This document shows positions 60,897 through 64,000 of a DNA stretch of 64,000 nucleotides, piece by piece. The position numbers and the translations under genes are program-made. Below the pieces are notes generated by a model. It saw nothing but the letters and a program-made list of their open reading frames with translations, made no database searches and was not told where the DNA came from. The stretch is taken from positions 64,001 to 128,000 of the forward strand of contig JBGARZ010000004.1 of assembly GCA_044229975.1 (NCBI GenBank), in the 5' to 3' direction. Every line of letters begins with the position of its first letter. Within the stretch, counting starts at the first letter, position 1. Source of the stretch: Polyangiales bacterium (GTDB lineage Bacteria; Myxococcota_A; Polyangia; Polyangiales; Ga0077539).

Positions 60897-62366
60897 CTAA
60901 TCCGCCAGCACCATCGCGATCGGCGGCAGCTCGCCCTCCGTCCAGCGCGCGGCGAGGAAGCGCCGCACCTCGTCGACGTCGAGCGTCTGCTTCGCGCGCG
61001 GCGACAGCGTGAGCTCGGGCTGCTCGACCCACTGCGGGTGGGCGACGCCCCGCGCGCTCACCTCGCGCACCGCCGGGTGCTCCGCCGCGAGGCGCGCGAG
61101 CGCCGACGTATCCACCCACTGACCGCCGCAGCGCACGAGCGGCTTGCTCCGTCCCGTGAGCCGCAGCGAGCCCCGCGCGTCGCGCACACCGAGGTCGCCC
61201 GTGCGGAGCCATCCCCCATCGCTCCAACGATCGGGCGTCGCACCCAGCGAGACGTACGCCTCGGCCACCCACGGACCGCGCAGTTGCACCTCGCCCTCGC
61301 GCTGCGCGTCCCACGGGAGCTCATCGCCCCCGTCGCCCACCACCCGCATCTCCATCAACGGAACCACCCGCCCCTGCGCGCTCTCCCCGAGCGCCGCGCT
61401 CGCGAGCGGGCCCGTCTCGGTCATCCCGTACACGTGCAGCACCTCGATCGCGTGCGCCGCGAGCGACGCCAGCAGCGACGGCGGCGCGGCGTTGCCACCT
61501 GCGAGCAGACGCAGCCCGCGCGGCAGTGTCGGCCCTTCAGGGTGCGCGTCGAGCTCCCCGGCGAGGGCCACCCAGGTGCTGCTCACGCCCGCGGCGAAGG
61601 TCACCGCCTCCGCGGCCATCACCTCGCGCAGTCGCGCTGGTGGCGTCGCAGGGTCGATCAGCACCATCGCGTGTCCGAGGAGCGCGAGCGTGTGCGGCAG
61701 CCCGCAGCCGTTGGCGTGGTGCAGCGGGAGCGCGGGGAGCACCACGTCGCGCCGCCCGAGGCCGAGCCCGTCGACGGTCGCGCAGGCCATCGCGTGCAGC
61801 ACCAGCGCGCGGTGCGAGTACACCACGGCGCGCGGCAGGCCGACGGTTCCGGCTGCCTCGCACATCACGGCGGGGCGCGCCTCGTCGTCGGCGAGCGCCA
61901 CGGTGGCTTCGGCGCCGAGCGCGCACAGGTCGTCGTAGCGCCACGCACCCTCGGCGTCGGCGTCGACGAGCACCAACGTGGTCACGCCCGCCTCGTCGCA
62001 GAGCGCGCGCGCCAGCGCGGCGTGACGAGCGTCGGCGAGGAGACAGCGGTCGCCAGCGCGGCGCAGCGCATGGACCAGCGCCTCACGCGGCGCGCGCGGG
62101 TTGAGCGGGTGCAGCACGAGCCCGGCAGACGGAACCCCCCACAGCGCCTCGATGTGCGCGCGGCTGTTGTCGAGCAGCGAAGCAACGACGTCGCCTTCGG
62201 CCAGGCCCCGCGCGCGGAGCCCACGACCCAGCGCGAGCGCTCGCCCGGCGACTTCGTCGAGGCGGTGGGCGTGGCGCGTTCCGTCGGCGGCGTAGACCAC
62301 CAGCGACCGGGCGCCGTGCTCGCGCGCCGCGCGCTGAACCAGCGATGTCAGGGTGAGCGCGCTCAC
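60897..62366 (-). CDS. AMP-binding (acyl-CoA ligase-like) enzyme, degenerate
   Basis: LHPLNPR, PLHHANG, VYGMTETGP, GEVQLRGPWV, WLRTGD, GRSK. GTG start overlaps the upstream stop. Confidence 0.85.
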   Translation of the reverse strand: MSALTLTSLVQRAAREHGARSLVVYAADGTRHAHRLDEVAGRALALGRGLRARGLAEGDVVASLLDNSRAHIEALWGVPSAGLVLHPLNPRAPREALVHALRRAGDRCLLADARHAALARALCDEAGVTTLVLVDADAEGAWRYDDLCALGAEATVALADDEARPAVMCEAAGTVGLPRAVVYSHRALVLHAMACATVDGLGLGRRDVVLPALPLHHANGCGLPHTLALLGHAMVLIDPATPPARLREVMAAEAVTFAAGVSSTWVALAGELDAHPEGPTLPRGLRLLAGGNAAPPSLLASLAAHAIEVLHVYGMTETGPLASAALGESAQGRVVPLMEMRVVGDGGDELPWDAQREGEVQLRGPWVAEAYVSLGATPDRWSDGGWLRTGDLGVRDARGSLRLTGRSKPLVRCGGQWVDTSALARLAAEHPAVREVSARGVAHPQWVEQPELTLSPRAKQTLDVDEVRRFLAARWTEGELPPIAMVLAD

Positions 62367-63067
62367 AGCGCCTGCTGGACGGAGGCCGCGCGGGCGAGGA
62401 GCCGTCGACGGTATGCGTCGGTGTCGTCGTCGAGCGTCGGGAGATGGCGTCGGATGAGCGCGGTCGGCACGGCGCCTTCGCGCACGAGGAGCGGGCGCTC
62501 GAAGGTGAGGTCGACGATGGTGTTGGCCGCGGGAACATCGGACGTAGCGTGCGCGCCGCCGTCCACGGCGAGGGCGACGTGCGCGCCGAGGTCGGCGAGG
62601 GCGTGGGCGAGGGTGACGCGGCCGCTGGCGTTGCCCGAGAGGTTGGCGGAGCTCGACGCGAGGGGCCGACCCGCAGCGCGCGCGAGGGCAGCGTAGAAGG
62701 GCTCCGAGGTCACGGTCACGGCGAGGGTGCGAAGCCCGCACGTGAGCCGCTCGGGGAAGGGGTGCGACTGCCGAAACACGAAGCACACCTCGCCCGGCCA
62801 GAGCGCGCGCATGGCCTCCCGGTTGAACCACTCGGGCACGTGCACATAGCGGTCGACGCTGTCGGCGTCGGGGAGGCACAGCGGTAGTGGTCCCAGCTTG
62901 GTTCGCTGCTTGGCGCGGAAGATCGCCTCGACGGCGGAGGCGGAGTCGGCGTCGCAGACGACGTTGTAGTTGGTCGCGTGCGGAACGATCACGAGCTCAC
63001 CGCGGTCGATGGCCGCGAGCGCGGCGGCAAGTGCCTCAGGGCCCGCGGGGTACACCGGAGCGGTCAC
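62363..63067 (-). CDS. YrdC/Sua5 (TsaC)-like protein, divergent
   Basis: IFRAKQR, LWPGE, SSSANLSG, VDGG..TIVDL..VREGA. GTG start overlaps the upstream stop. Confidence 0.85.
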   Translation of the reverse strand: MTAPVYPAGPEALAAALAAIDRGELVIVPHATNYNVVCDADSASAVEAIFRAKQRTKLGPLPLCLPDADSVDRYVHVPEWFNREAMRALWPGEVCFVFRQSHPFPERLTCGLRTLAVTVTSEPFYAALARAAGRPLASSSANLSGNASGRVTLAHALADLGAHVALAVDGGAHATSDVPAANTIVDLTFERPLLVREGAVPTALIRRHLPTLDDDTDAYRRRLLARAASVQQAL

Positions 63068-63813
63068 GCCGCCTCCGCCATGCGCGTCCCGAGGAGGCCG
63101 ACGTAGTGGTCGTGCAGCGCGCTCCACGCGGCGCAGATCTCCGTGACGGCCTCGGTGGCCTCGCGGTGGAAGTCCGGGACCTCCTCGGCGTAGCGACGCA
63201 CCAGCGCGAGGCCCGTCGCCGCGTGGTCGTCCTCCGCCTCGGCATGAACGCTGAACCACTCCAGCTCCATCGCCGTGAACGTGTGGTTCGCGCGCAGCCA
63301 GCGGAGCACCCGCAGCACGGCCTCACCGGACTGGCTCTCGATCGCGTGCAGCGCGAGCATGGCGACGGCGGGGTGGCGCGTGCGGCAGATGCCGATGGCG
63401 GTGCGCACCCAGGTCATCACCGGCTGCGAGGCGCCGCCGCGCTCGAAGGCTTCGTCGGCGACGCCGCACGCCTCGGCGAAGCGCCGCATGAGGTCGTAGT
63501 GCGAGGCCGTGCCCGAGGTGATGGCGGTCTCTTCGGCGACGATCTGCTCGACCATGAACTGCCGCACCGGCTCGCAGTCCCAGGCGTTGGCGTGGATGGC
63601 GGTGAACATGGCGTTCTGGAGGAAGACCTGGTGGTACTTCTCCGCGGCCCAGGCGCCGAGGCGCGCGCGGTCGGGGCGGGTCGCGTCGAGGGAGGCCACG
63701 AAGGGGTGGCGGGCGGCGCGGTGCCGCTGGCAGATGTCGTGACAGGCGGTGAGGGTCTCTTCGAGCGTGGGTTCGTGGGTCATGGCGTGAGCTCCGTGGG
63801 TGTCGATGGTCAT
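63064..63813 (-). CDS. Heme-oxygenase-like diiron enzyme (CADD/PqqC/TenA superfamily)
   Basis: HPF, AEE-x8-HYDLMRRF, AIESQ and WFSVHAEAEDDH match the CADD-type iron ligand set. Confidence 0.82.
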   Translation of the reverse strand: MTIDTHGAHAMTHEPTLEETLTACHDICQRHRAARHPFVASLDATRPDRARLGAWAAEKYHQVFLQNAMFTAIHANAWDCEPVRQFMVEQIVAEETAITSGTASHYDLMRRFAEACGVADEAFERGGASQPVMTWVRTAIGICRTRHPAVAMLALHAIESQSGEAVLRVLRWLRANHTFTAMELEWFSVHAEAEDDHAATGLALVRRYAEEVPDFHREATEAVTEICAAWSALHDHYVGLLGTRMAEAA

Positions 63814-63818
63814 CGGGC

Positions 63819-63998
63819 TCAGGCCGCCGTGGAGAGGCGCGCACGCTCGCTGAAAAACGCCTCGAAGTCGGCGCGAATGCGAGGCCCGTTGACCCCTTCG
63901 CGCTTGAGGGTTCCGTTGGTGAAGTTGAGGATCGTGGTGGCCTTGCGCGCCGGGTTCTCCAGGGCCGCGACGCCGTGGTCGATGGCGCAGTCGACGCC
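63819..63998 (-). CDS. 3' end of a probable second YrdC/Sua5-like gene (begins outside the window)
   Basis: Manual translation GVDCAIDHGVAALENPARKATTILNFTNGTLKREGVNGPRIRADFEAFFSERARLSTAA* resembles the YrdC C-terminus VDxxIDxG...STIxD...xREG. Confidence 0.6.
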   Translation of the reverse strand, partial: GVDCAIDHGVAALENPARKATTILNFTNGTLKREGVNGPRIRADFEAFFSERARLSTAA

Positions 63999-64000
63999 TT

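Overview
High-GC bacterial window. MYXO-CTERM, MXAN_6577-like Cys-rich lipoproteins, DUF2330 and a giant TPR protein point to Myxococcota, probably Polyangia-like (inference). Housekeeping genes are few: hppA and prfC. The rest is accessory. (1) A 5'-truncated teneurin-like Rhs toxin with a low-GC C-terminal tip, a candidate immunity gene, a deleted orphan Rhs copy, an MNT-HEPN pair and two decayed genes (6.8-17.5 kb). (2) A lipoprotein carrying Four-jointed/Fam20-type kinase motifs. (3) A ~40-repeat Cys-rich lipoprotein and a 2591-aa TPR protein. (4) A candidate nucleotide-signalling defence cluster: SLOG-like protein, TPR-patatin-TM protein and Zn-ribbon-TIR-STAND-TPR protein. (5) A CorA-like two-TM protein fused to a degenerate Nudix domain. 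(6) At the right edge, a coupled operon of two divergent YrdC/Sua5-like genes, a heme-oxygenase-like diiron enzyme and a degenerate adenylation enzyme, a possible new biosynthetic cluster. (7) Four 230-265 bp intergenic palindromes in two sequence families that share a nested-hairpin, REPIN-like design. No rRNA, tRNA, CRISPR array or transposase was recognised. All family calls come from motif recognition by eye, not from database searches.
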